Shown: positions 26,295-38,920 of the stretch, one piece after another
Layout of the letters: every line of letters begins with the position of its first letter
How positions within the stretch are numbered: the first letter of the stretch is position 1
Program-made: the position numbers and the translations under genes
Notes under the pieces: generated by a model
Database searches by the model: none
Told to the model about the DNA's origin: nothing
Seen by the model: the letters and a program-made list of their open reading frames with translations, nothing else
NCBI RefSeq assembly: GCF_006345805.1
Contig: NW_021833943.1
Span: 1 to 52,878, forward strand
From: Octopus sinensis
Lineage: Eukaryota
Direction: 5' to 3'
Length of the DNA stretch: 52,878 nucleotides

Positions 26295-28696
26295 TTGATG
26301 TAAGTTGTAATTATAAAGTCAAACCAAATAGTGATATTTCGAAATCATTTAATACCTGCATTTTAACTCTACGTAATATATTAATAGGAAATGCATCCAT
26401 TACGTAAGACCTTCTTCAGTTAAAACATTTCAAACCTGAAACACGCGTATTAAATGATTTCAAAATATCACTGTTTGGTTTGACTTTACTTTTATCACGC
26501 ACCCATACATATATGCATAAATTAGAAATCTACTCTCTATGACAATCTCAGAGTAGAAAGGCATGTTACATTGTATCGAATTTCTCAACGATATCCGTGA
26601 ATAAAGTCTACCGCCTTAGTATTAGTTTTCAGCCACTGTCACTAATAAACGTACAACGATAATATATACATTCGATGTCGAGGTCAGTAAAGGGCAAGTT
26701 TTAGGTCAATCTCAACTCTACTTCATCAATAACGGATGTCCTTTATTATTTATAATATTTTATTAAAAAATTACCTCAAGTGAATAGATAAGAATACGTA
26801 CGTAAATATTTTATTCGCATGCATATCCAGTCATGCGTAGATGTATGAATTCATGACTGCATAGTATGTCACATAAGGTTAGAGATGGGAAGATAGTGAT
26901 AACTAAATGTGTATATTAACAATTAAATGCATCCACTGCAATGGTCACGCACTAATGTTGTGTATTAAGGCTTAACATATGCATATATACAGGAGTATGT
27001 CTCTGCATTTGCGAAGTCTCATAAATGTTTTATTTTCTATCTGTTTTATAGTAACATATGCAGTCATAAGTGTGTATATGTATATATGTGTGTGCATGTG
27101 TGCATGTGTGTTTGTGTGTGTGTGCAAATGTGTGTGTCTATCTTGCACATATGTGTTTGCAGCTGCATCTGTGAGTAGTGCAGATGAATGTTTATAGCTG
27201 CTAAGCAAGCCGGGAGTGTGTCGACTAAAGTGTAGAAAAATTGTATTTTCTTGCTAGTCAAGTCATTTAAACCTCCCTGGTCTTTTAAACCCTCTCCCAT
27301 AATATTATATATATATATATATATATTATATAATGAAATTATTGTATACAGTGCTCAGGTGCACCACAACTGGTCCAGATAGAAATGTAGTTTTGTATTT
27401 GCGTTTATGCGTGCGTGCGCGTGTATATGTGTGTTTGTGTGTGTGTGTGTGTGAGTTTGTGTGTGTGTGTGAGTTTGTGTGTGTGTGTGTGAGTATCTGT
27501 GTTTGTGTGTGCGTGTGTGTGTTCATAGGCAGCTGTGTTTATAGGCAACTATATAATTACACCTATGACATAGTGAAACAGATATTCCAAGAACAATTAA
27601 CTTACATCATATTCATGTTATAAGCAAGATGAAGGTCGTATTTCTTCATCCGTCTTGTCGTTATTTTGCCCTTTAAACTTGCGTGGAACTAATGTGTGAA
27701 ATTGCAGCTGAGTTTAATGACGTTGACTTTGTTGATGAACTCGATTCATTCCTAGCACCAATTCATAAAGACAGCTACTTCTCTGATCGTAATCTGAATA
27801 ATTTTGTCCTACACGATCGATTGGAGTGAAATTGTCCATCGCTTCCCGGCTATCACTTTTCTTATTCGAAAAACTGGCTCCTTTGAATAAAATCCTTTGA
27901 ATAAACCTAGTTGAATAAACCTAGTTGGAGATATATGGTTGCGCAATGCAGTTTCTTAGATCTCACTACAGAACCACATCTCCAAATACAACAAAACCTA
28001 TTCAAGCAAGGAAAAAATACCGTTGGTTATGTCGCCAATCACTTCATGTTGGGAAAGCCTAATAAAATAGAGGTTAGTAGCTCCCAATATGAATGTAACA
28101 TTAACCTCAGCATCAAAACTATTTGCCTCTCCCATAGAAAGGGAAATAGTTTTGATTGTGCGGTTAATGTTATATAATACTCATATGAATTATATATAAT
28201 ACATACAAAACGTCATCCATAGACGCGTAAAAGTTAGAATCGATCAACATTATAGCTACCCCACAACACACACACATACACAGACACTTATAGACAGACA
28301 CACAACATGACACATATACCACGGCACTTAAAAGGTGTTACATCCACTACTGAAGTAGCTTATGGTTTTGAAAAGTTGATTTAATATAAAACTCTTGGGA
28401 GAAAACAGATCCGTCAAGTCTATCATAACCTTACTATTTTTATTAAAATATATGTAGAAAAGATTGGTGTAATAAACCCAAATAATCTGTAAGAGAACGA
28501 ACCATATAAGGTACTTGTGCCATATAAGGTGCTTGGACAGATCTCACTCACTTTTAACAGAAACTTATATAGCAGTGTAGAAATTTGTGAATGCTCCACA
28601 TAAGAATATAGTCCTGCTCTTCGGTTAAATAACCCATCAACAGAGAAAGGAAATAAAAAGACATCGAATCAGAGTGAGAGGAAGAGAGAGTGATGC

Positions 28697-28736
<40 letters not shown>

Positions 28737-29635
28737 GGAGGGAGAGAAAGAAAGATAGTAATAGACAAATATAAAGAAAAGAAGACCAAAAGATAGTAAA
28801 CAGATAGAGCAGAACCAAAAGATAAATTCAAGATCTCTAGATCATAATATATAAAAACTATTCAACAATTGATTTACCAGTGACAGTAAAATAATGTAGT
28901 ATCTTTAAAGAGGGCCAAAATATACAACGAAAAATTTGATACTAAATATTATATCATGTTAGTATAAAACACTAATGAAGTTCGAATAAACATAGCAGAA
29001 TGCTTTTAGTAACCACTATAGAAAATACTTCTTCTATAGTAACCATTATAGAAGACACTTAGTAGTGCTCAGAAGATTCAAATTTAGAGACCGATGTCAT
29101 TACAGCGGATCATTCTACAAGGTAAAGCAAAGCTATAAGAGGGATCAAGCTGAGCGGGTTGCCTCTATTGCCTCTATTATCTCTATTACCCCCCTCTCTC
29201 TCTCTCTTTCTCTCACACACACACACACTCTCTCTCTCTATCTATTTTTATATGTCACTGCGAGTAGATAAATGAAAGAGGAATGTCTGAGAATCAGCAA
29301 TGCATATGTTTCCTCTTTGGCTCGAGTCATTTGTAAATATTGTTATTTAGCTCCAAGTGAAGCCTGATTGAACAGGCCTATGACCAAAATAAACAAAATG
29401 CAACCATCCGTCTTTGTGCGCGTAATCATGAATTTCATTCTGTAATGAATCCACCCTTTTGAAGGCAGCAGCGTATGATTTGCTTTAGCGTTGACTCTTA
29501 TTTGAAGCGTGTCTTATGTATGAATATGAGTACGTATAGTAAATATGTAAATACTTGTATATGAGTGCAATTGATATTTGCGTGCATACTTAATACTTGA
29601 GCTTGTTTATACCTATATGTTTCGGCTACGTAAGC

Positions 29636-30155
29636 CATCATCGGACTGTAGTACATTTGAGATCATCTTGACTTTATACAGTCTCTCTTAAGTTTAAATA
29701 TTTTTAGGTTAAACTGAGTTCTGATGAATAATAATAAGATTGTATGGTAGGTTTGATTGCAAGGTTTTATGGAGTACTTTTATTGATTAAATTTGGGGCT
29801 ATGTTATTGTTAAAATTTACTGAGGCTTGTAAAATTTCGTAATTAAGAGTGTTCATTTAGGTGAGTCATCTCCAGGTCATAGGAGTTAATTGGATCGAAG
29901 GTGCTTCTTGGTCAGCAAATGTGTCACTCGATTTAGTTGTTGTGAATCCCTATGACCTGGAGATGACACACCTAAACATATACATGCGAAAGTTCTACAA
30001 GCATGAATAAATTTTAACAATAGCACAAACTTAAATTAAACCAATAAAAATTACCCATAGCATTCATAATAACTCAGCCTAGCCTAATTTTTTTAAACTT
30101 AACAGACACTATATAAAACCCAAGACGAACTCAATTGTACCACAGTTCGATGATG
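29636..30155. mobile_element. Old fold-back element of about 520 bp, probably Penelope-like-derived
   Basis: Diverged outer arms (catcatcggactgtagtaca... vs ...tgtaccacagttcgatgatg); inner arms 29856-83/29949-76 match at 27 of 28 positions; HHR-like motif overlaps the left end. Confidence 0.75.
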
Positions 30156-30950
30156 TCACTCTCAATATTATTCTTGTTAAAGAGTAATATATATGTGTGT
30201 AAATATGTTTGCGTTTATATAATCACATGTATTTCTATATGTCTATTTAAGTGCATATAGTCCATGTATAGACGTACGAATATTTGTGTGTGTACTTTTG
30301 TTTGACTGAATAGGTTTATGTTTATGTATAGTTATATATGTAAATAAAACATACATAAGAGCACACGCACAAACACTCAACCACACATACACACACACAC
30401 ACACACAAACACTCACACACACACACACAAACACTCACACACACACGCACACACACGCTCTCTCTCTCTCTCACACACACACACACTCTCTCTCTCTCAC
30501 TCACACACACACACACGCTCTCTCTCTTTCTCTCTCTCTCTCACACACATACACACACACACACACTCAAAGGGATGTATGTGTGTGATACATACGTGTG
30601 CCTATGTCTGCTATAGCAAAATCAAGCCACTGTAATGATACAAATATGGATTTGTATCTGGTGTCGATATCCAGAAACGCTGCGCACAGACAATAAATTG
30701 TCTTAAAAAAATATTTATATAGAGATTTAATGTGTCTATACATATACGTATATTTGTATAAATATGTTATGTGCTTATAATGTAGGATCATTTAAAACAG
30801 CTTAATCTTGAAAAATAAAAAAAAACCAAAACCGTAACTGTTTAGCTGATGTTAAACGAATCCAAGGTTATTCGGTGAGGTGACTGTGCTAATAACTGCT
30901 TATTTATGATATGGAATAGATGTATATTATTGTTACAGCGTCACAAATAG

Positions 30951-31046
30951 GGTGGCGAGCTGGTAAATTCGTCAACACGTCGAGTATAATGCTTAGCGGT
31001 ATTTTGTCTATCGATAAATTAAGTACCAGTTACGCACTAGGATCGA
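30951..31046 (+). mobile_element. Internally deleted SINE family B
   Basis: Head joined directly to tcgataaattaagtaccagttacgcac. Confidence 0.7.
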
Positions 31047-31616
31047 TCCATGATGGCCAAAAAATGTCGATATTGACGAACATTGTGTTAGATCCGCAAC
31101 CACCAGAACTGAGAAAAAAACCGCAGATGTGCGTGCAGCTGTGAGGGGAAATCGTCGAATCACCATCCGTGAGTTATCAGAGTATGTGTAGATTAGTTAT
31201 GGTTCAATTCAGTCCATTATCTCTAAAGATTTGGTTATGAGACGCATGTCTGTTAAGTTTGTGTCAAGACTGCTTTCGGTTGACCAAAAATACATCCGAA
31301 TTTCAGTTGCTCAAGATCTTGATTGTGTCGAAAACGATGAAAGCTTTTTGAAAACTCTGTGTAGGCCTCTGAGCAGGTATCGCCAAGTTTTTGGTAAAAT
31401 TTGATGCAGATTCTCTGCTCAGCCTTTTCTATCATCGTCAATGCGACGATCACACGTTACACACCTTCCTTCCAAGCACTGCTGTAAGTCAGAACGTTAA
31501 AACTTAGTGCACATGTACTTCAGAGTTTAAGGTCAATCAGTGCCCATCAGCTTTACTCTGCATGTTTTAGCTTCGTTACTCTCGGAACACTCCGGATACT
31601 TATTGATCAGACCACA
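31047..31616. mobile_element. Rearranged mariner relic (5' end on minus strand, internal part on plus strand)
   Basis: Minus: TA|TGTGGTCTGATCAATAAGTATCCGGA TIR and MIEKAEQRICIKFYQKLGDTCSEAY. Plus: VRGNRRITIRELSE...RRMSVKFVSRLLS...DESFLKTL. Confidence 0.85.
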
Positions 31617-31659
31617 TATATATAAACACGCTTAATATATATGTATTTATATATATATA

Positions 31660-31756
<97 letters not shown>

Positions 31757-32002
31757 ATATATGCATATATATATATATCTTTTCGAGTAAGCATATACTT
31801 ATGCGCACTTATTCACTCGTACATGCATACACACACTCACACATACACACATATTCACACGCTCATATATACACAAAACGGGAGGTAGAGGCTGCGGTAG
31901 ACTTTATGCAAAGAAGCACCCATCACACTTTCCCAGGAGTACATTTTATTAATCGTTTCATTTCCTTCACTACATTACACCCCCACCCCCCACACATACA
32001 CA

Positions 32003-32033
<31 letters not shown>

Positions 32034-32219
32034 TACACACATACACACATACATACACATTATAACTCTAACCAACTCAACTTTCTGAATCCCCGTCTTT
32101 GTCTTTCATCGTCATACTTTTTCCCCCTCTACCTTTTTTTTTCCACGAGCTATTCTAATTCCAATCACTCCACTTGAGATCTCATGGTGGTTACCTTGGT
32201 GATATTGCAATGTCCCTTA

Positions 32220-32595
32220 TCTCTCTCTATATAAACGGCAGTTTGTCTGTGCGTGTTTCTGTGTGTCTGTTTTCTCGTACCCTCACCCTGACCACGGCTT
32301 TCAACCGATTCTGATGAAACTTGACACACACATAGCCCAATGTCATAATTCAAAACTAACGTAGCGAAAATTTTGAAAAGTTCCCCCAGTTCTGAAAAAA
32401 ATCGATAAATTCGACATGGGGTCGAGAATCAAAAAAAATAAACCACAGACTGTCTAGGGGACGCAACTCAACCCTTTTTTACTCTCAAAAAAAAATTTAC
32501 CATCATTTTTTTTCTATTTTTTGGCTATAACTCTCTAAAAATGCTTTATAGTTATTTCCCTTACAAACCTGAGCAACGCCGGGCGATACTGCTAG
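32220..32595 (+). mobile_element. Non-autonomous Helitron
   Basis: 5' TC after A (a|TCTCTCTCTATATAAA), early TGTC-rich tract, subterminal hairpin CCTGAGC-AAC-GCCGGG, 3' CTAG followed by T; no TSD; inserted at A|T. Confidence 0.85.
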
Positions 32596-32929
32596 TTTAC
32601 AATAAAAAATTTCTCAAAAAAAAAAAAAAAAAATTATAAGCGACAGGGAGAAAAAAACACAGCAAGCCGTAATCCTGTTGGAAACAACACTTTTACGTAC
32701 TGCGAGACTTCGAATGTAACGAAAAGCAGGTTGCAACTTAATTTCACTTCTCAAGACTCCGTCGCCTCTCCAGCTTCAGTGGGTTACCGAGGGAAGATTC
32801 ATACAAACACCAATAACAATGCTTATGACTACGGTGACCTCAGCAATGATAACGATGACGATGATGATGATAATGATGACAGTGGTGGTTCTATTGGTGG
32901 TGGTAGTGGTGATAATGATGATGATGACA

Positions 32930-33088
32930 ATGCTTAGCGGTATTTTGTAAGTTTTACGTTTTGTGTTCGAATTCTGCTGAGGTCGATTTTGATTTTCATC
33001 CTTTCGGGGGTCGATAAAATAAATATTGGGGTTAATGTAATCGACTCATCCCCACCTCTCCCAAAATTGCTGCCCTCGTGGAAAAATT
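32930..33088 (+). mobile_element. 5'-truncated, diverged SINE family B with terminal tail
   Basis: tgcttagcggtatt...ttcatcctttcggggg tcgataaaa...aaattgctgccctcgtg. Confidence 0.75.
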
Positions 33089-33091
33089 TAA

Positions 33092-33688
33092 GGCGGCTAT
33101 CTGGCAGAAACGTTAGCACGCCAGGCGAAATGCTTTGCAGTATTTCATCTGCCGTTACGTTGTGAGTTCAAATTCCGCCGAGGTCGACTTTGCCTTTCAT
33201 CCTTTCGGGGTCGATAAATTAAGTACCAGTTACACACTAGGTCGATACAATCGACTTAATCCGTTTGTCTGTCCTTGTTTGTCCCCTCTGTGTTTAGCCC
33301 CTTGTGGGTAGTAAAGAAATAGGTATTTCATCTGTCGTTACGTTGTGAGTTCAAATTCCGCCGAGGTTGACTTTGTCTTTCATCCTTTCGGGGTCGATAA
33401 ATTAAGTACCAGTTACACACTAGGTCGATACAATCGACTTAATCCGTTTGTCTGTCCTTGTTTGTCCCCTCTGTGTTTAGCCCCTTGTGGGTAGTAAAGA
33501 AATAGGTATTTCATCTGTCGTTACGTTGTGAGTTCAAATTCCGCCGAGGTCGACTTTGCCTTTCATCCTTTCGGGGTCGATAAATTAAGTACCAGTTACA
33601 TACTAGGTCCATACAATCGACTTAATCCGTCTGTCTGTCCTAGTTTGTCCCCTCTGTGTTTAGCCCCTTGTGGGTTGTAAAGAAATAG
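33092..33688 (+). mobile_element. SINE family B carrying three tandem 183-bp body units
   Basis: GTATTTC unit starts at 33140, 33323 and 33506; third unit ends at GAAATAG 33688. Confidence 0.93.
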
Positions 33689-34071
33689 GTTATGCTAACG
33701 TTGCTTGTGGTACTTAAAAATTCTTGTGAATTGAATTGGTGATAATTGCGCTGCTACTAAGAATCTTTTCTACTTCATGTAGTAAATGTTAGCGGTGATG
33801 ATGATGGTAGTGATGCAAGTAGAGAATGAGAAGTTTTATCTGTTGTTTAGTCCAAGTTAGTCCTCATCGAGTATTAGTCCTCATCTTTTCCCTTTGTGCA
33901 GAGAATCTAGGGTAGATTATCCAATGTGTCCATTTCTAAGAAGTGGATTCAGATTTGAGGGCGATTTATTTAGGTAATTCTCGCAAATAGAAGTAACCTT
34001 GTGGTTACTTCCTGTATATCGTTAACTTGGGTTATGGTTGTGTGCACTGGTATATTATTATTATTATTATC

Positions 34072-34448
34072 AATTTTGGCACAAGGCCAGCAATTTCGAG
34101 GAGAAGGTAAGTCGATTACGTCGACTCCAGTACTTATTTTATCGATCCCAGAAGGATGAAAGGCAAAGTCGACTTCGGCAGAATTTGAACTCAGAACGCG
34201 AAGACGGGCGATATACCAATTTCTTTACTACCCACAAGGGGCTAAACACAGAGAGGACAAACAAGGACAGACAAACGGATTAAGTCGATTATATCGACCC
34301 CAGTGCGTAACTGGTACTTATTTTATCGACCCCGAAAGGATGAAAGGCAAAGTCGACCTTGGCGGAATTTGAACTCAGAAAGTAACAGCAGACGAAATAC
34401 CGCAAAGCATTTCGTCCGGCGTGCTAACGTTTTTGCCAACACACCACC
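34072..34448 (-). mobile_element. SINE family B, two units
   Basis: Reverse complement of head, body, second body and tail. Confidence 0.88.
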
Positions 34449-34492
34449 TTGCCACTATGTTAGAAATTATTAATAATAATATATTAGTGCAA

Positions 34493-34889
34493 GGCGGCGA
34501 GCTGGCAGAATCGTTAGCGCGTCGGGCGAAATGCTTTGTGGTATTTCGTCTGCCGTTACGTTCTGAGTTCAAATTCCGCCGAGGTCGACTTTGCCTTTCA
34601 TCCTTTCGGGGTCGATTAAATAAGTACCAATTACGCACTGGGATCGATATAATCGACTTAATACCTATGTATGTCCTTGTTTGTCCCCTCTATGTTTAGC
34701 CCCTTGTGGGTAATAAAGAAATAGGTATTTCGTCTGTCTTCGCGTTCTGAATTCAAATTCCGCCGAGGTCGACTTTGCCTTTCATCCCTTTCGGGGGACG
34801 ATAAAAAGTAAGTACCAGTTAAGCCCTGGGGTCGATGCAATTGACTTACCCCCTCCCCGAAATTGCTGGCCTTGTGTCAAAATTTGAAA
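34493..34889 (+). mobile_element. SINE family B, two units plus tail
   Basis: GGCGGCGAGCTGGCAGAATCG ... GAAATAG|GTATTTC ... AAATTGCTGGCCTTGTG. Confidence 0.92.
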
Positions 34890-35450
34890 TAAGAAATCTC
34901 CAACAAGGTCTCAAATTTTCGGTGTGTGTATGTGGCTGTGTGTGCATGAGAGTAAAATAGTTTATATCGATCTCTGTATTTGACTGGTACTTTATTTTAT
35001 CAACCGCCCATGAATGAAAAGTCTGCTTCATATCGACGTGATTTGAGCTGAGAACCTATAGTGCCAGAACAAACGTCACAGGATCTTTAATCCGATGCCT
35101 AAACATCGCCCACGCTTGCAGTGTGGTTCCAGGCCAGTAATTTGGGACTGAGTTTAAAACATATGATTTTCATTCCTCTCTCCTAACGGAAAATGTACGA
35201 GACCGATTAAATTGCCTTCAAATTTGTCTGATACCTTATTTTGTTGACCGACCCTGTAGAAGTGAAAGACAAAGGTAACCTTAGAAAGATTTGAATTCAG
35301 ACATTAAAAGCCAGTACAAATGGACGATATTTTAACTACTATGCCGACCTGTCTTCCAGTATTTAGTTGGTATTTTATTTTTTTAACTTGGAAAAGATGG
35401 AAAGCAAAGCTCACACTGGGACATCGGTAGAATTTGATTATTATTATTAA

Positions 35451-35837
35451 AGCGGTGAGCTGGCAGAATCGTTAGCACGCGGGCGAAATGCGTAGCCGTA
35501 TTTCGTCTGCCGTTACGTTCTGAGTTCAAATTCCGCCGAGGTCGACTTTGCCTTTCATCTTTTCGGGGTCGATAAATTAAGTACCAGTTACGCACTGGGG
35601 TCGATATAATAGACTTAATCCGCCTGTCTGTCCTAGTTTGTACCTCTATGTTTAGCCCCTTGTGGGTAGTAAATAGGTATAATAGAAATAGGTATTTCGC
35701 TCGTCGCTACGTCCTGAGTTCAAATTCCGCCGAGGTCGACTTTGTCGATAACGAAAGTACCATTGAAACACTGAAACCGATATAATCGACTAGTTCCCTC
35801 CCCTCAAATTTCGGGCTCTGTGCCTTTAGTAGAAAGG
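35451..35837 (+). mobile_element. SINE family B, two units (second deleted), running into (ATT)n
   Basis: Homology to other copies; tail GAAAGG followed by (ATT)n. Confidence 0.88.
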
Positions 35838-35894
<57 letters not shown>

Positions 35895-35913
35895 ATCATC
35901 ATCATCATCATCA

Positions 35914-36011
<98 letters not shown>

Positions 36012-36017
36012 TATTAT

Positions 36018-36049
<32 letters not shown>

Positions 36050-36076
36050 TATTTTATTATTATTATTATTATTATT

Positions 36077-36152
<76 letters not shown>

Positions 36153-36163
36153 CATTATCATCA

Positions 36164-36196
<33 letters not shown>

Positions 36197-36213
36197 CATC
36201 ATCATCATCATCA

Positions 36214-36277
<64 letters not shown>

Positions 36278-36280
36278 CAT
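35838..36280. repeat. (ATT)n/(ATC)n compound microsatellite, probably an expanded SINE tail
   Basis: Direct reading; abuts the SINE 3' end. Confidence 0.95.
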
Positions 36281-36696
36281 TTCATATCACTATTTTGCTT
36301 GTTGTTTTCCATTTTTACTCTTTACCACACTCGACGGTAACTCCCCACACCCGTCTGTCGTATTTAAGGCGACATATTAAGGAACATTATTAATATTATT
36401 TATCATTGCAGTTTGGGGTATTGTGGGGGGTGGGTTGCGGGTAGCGAATTGATGTGAATGATGACGACAATGGTGACCGTAAACCACATTAGTTCTGGAC
36501 GTCTGGGACTGAGTCGGAATATCTGATTTCCATTTCTTCCTTCTAACAGCAAATACTATACAGAATGTTGTTGGACTTGGACAGCTTACCCGTTACTAGG
36601 AAACGGGTATCATTATCTGTACGTGTGTGCACATGTGTGTGCGTGTGTGCGCGCGAGTATGGGTTGGTTGTGTGAATGCGTGCGTTTGTGTGTGTT

Positions 36697-36740
<44 letters not shown>

Positions 36741-38539
36741 TGTGTGTGTCTGTGTGTGTGCGCGTGTGCCAAAACTAAGCTTATAGATGAGCTTTGCATG
36801 TCTGTAAATTACCATTATATTGTTCGATGTAAAAATATTGTCTAGCGCTGCGTTGATGGTAGTGGTGGTCGTGGTGATGATGATGATGATGACGACGACG
36901 ACGACGATGATGTTGATGATGATGATGAGGATGGCATTAGTAATGTGGTTGCTGCTGCTGCTGCTGATAGTGATGGCGATGATGATAATAGAAAAATATG
37001 TAATGTTGATGACTACGACTTCATGAAGATGATGTTGATGTTAGTGTTAGTGTTGATATTGTTCTTGTTAATGATGATAACGGTGGTGGTGGTGATGGCG
37101 GTGGTAATGAATGGCGGTAATTGTGGATGCAGGTGTTGGTGGTGGTGGTATTAACAATGATGGTGGGGTGGTGATGTCAGTGACGGTTAGTAGCATTAGG
37201 ATGAAGGTCATAGGAATGGTGGTTGCGGTGGTGTTGCCGCCATTGTTTGTGTTAATGTTAGTGTTTTTGCGTATGTGCGTGCGCATGCGCGCGTGTTACA
37301 AATGATGTTTTGCAGTGGTAAGGTCAGCGATATATGCGAGAACATATCTGTAACTTAATTTATTGAGCCAGGAGTGTGTAGGGTCGACAATATTGAGCTC
37401 CGTTGGTAGAAGGACGTATAGTTAACTAATGTAAACATTTTATGAGAGAACATTAAAAAGTTAACAAGAAAAAGCAATCATCTTAAGAGAAAAAAAAAAA
37501 TATTAATTACTGATATTTTACATATTTCAGCAAATAAAGGCGGCTTTTCCGGACATGATTTTAATCTTGTGATGACTTTGTCAGCAATTTTATCATATTT
37601 GCCGAAGTCGGGTTTCTCATTAAAATGAAGCCCGTAGATGGAAAATTTTACTAAGAATTAAGAGAAAATGTTTGTGTTACGCCTGCATAGAAGATATGAG
37701 TTTGGTCATATCTTTCATGAAGACAAGATGTCGGTAAAGTTTTATTTTCTGTAAAATGTCTCACGTCTCCTAAAAAGACAACTGCCGGAACGGTTGTCTT
37801 TTAAATCTAAAGGATACTTGACTGGTATTCACACAGTATTTATTCAGTACAAAATGCAAGATAATTGATATACTTCTCTGTCACAGAGTTGCAGATTGAA
37901 GAACTGTTATGGATATTAAGCTAGTCATAACATAAAAGTGTCTCATTAAAGTCGCTGAAAGCAAAATATCTAAGCGCACTGATGAAGCTGAAAATTTTAT
38001 GCTCTCATTCATAACCATAACTATTGGTTATCCAGATTATGTGACGAAAAAGTTAATTAATATGTCATAAATGATTATGTTAGCTAACAACGAACATCAA
38101 AGATAACTTGATAGGTTCAGCTAATCAATGCAATTGTATATAAAAACAGAATTTTAAAAAATCTACATTTGAATCTTGAGCCTCGATACACACCATCGTG
38201 CTTAGTTATGAAATTAATGTTTAATAATCATGTCACTTTGTTAGCTGTTGGCTTTTGTGTTTGTTTTTGTCAAAATCAGATTACGTGGTATTTGACTGTG
38301 TAATAAATTTTTAGCGAATAAGTAGGACGTTGTATCTAAAAATGGAAGCGCCAGATGCTTTGTTTCTTTACAGATTGAGTTAAACATACAATCATAATGC
38401 TACAGTACACATTATCCACATTTCAGATTTTATCAAGGATGTCTTTTTTTTGAAAGTCTTGACATCGGTTGTCTTTTTTTTTAAAGGTTTAATTAAGAGG
38501 ACAATCCCGGATTGGTAATGTTGATACTGCTAATGTTCA

Positions 38540-38920
38540 GTTTAAACACCTGTAAGATGATGTATACACGGAAAGCATGAATGAGGAAGGGGCATAAATG
38601 TTCCAGAAGGACGATACTCTTGGAAGAGAAACGTGGGTACAGCGGCTAACTTGGTGCCTGGGGAGTGGATAAATCACAATACAGAAAAGACGAGGAATGT
38701 AATGGGCTTGTATTGATGTGGCACACATTTAGTTGGTTGAGAGGAGCCGCTGATCTTGTAGGATTGCTGTTGTGATGTTGGTGCATTAGTATTGTCATTG
38801 CCATGTACAAGATAAACAAGGCCGCTTGCTCTTTTCTGCATTGCAGAACATTTGAGTTGGTGTTTATTCGATTTAAAATTTTAAAGAACGAAATCTCTGA
38901 ATAATAAAGACAAGACAACT
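38540..38920 (-). mobile_element. Decayed LINE C-terminal fragment (CR1/Jockey-group-like)
   Basis: SRCTHVSLPRVSSFWNIYAPSS resembles the LINE C-terminal F.PR....WN.LP motif; frameshifted. Confidence 0.45.

Noticed and set aside
27625-27900. Non-repetitive stretch with short open frames on both strands
   Set aside because: No recognisable domain or consistent pair of splice sites.
33140-33688. Regular 183-bp array as a CRISPR array or classic retrozyme
   Set aside because: Units are contiguous with no unique spacers, the DNA is eukaryotic, and no hammerhead or HDV-like core could be fitted on either strand.
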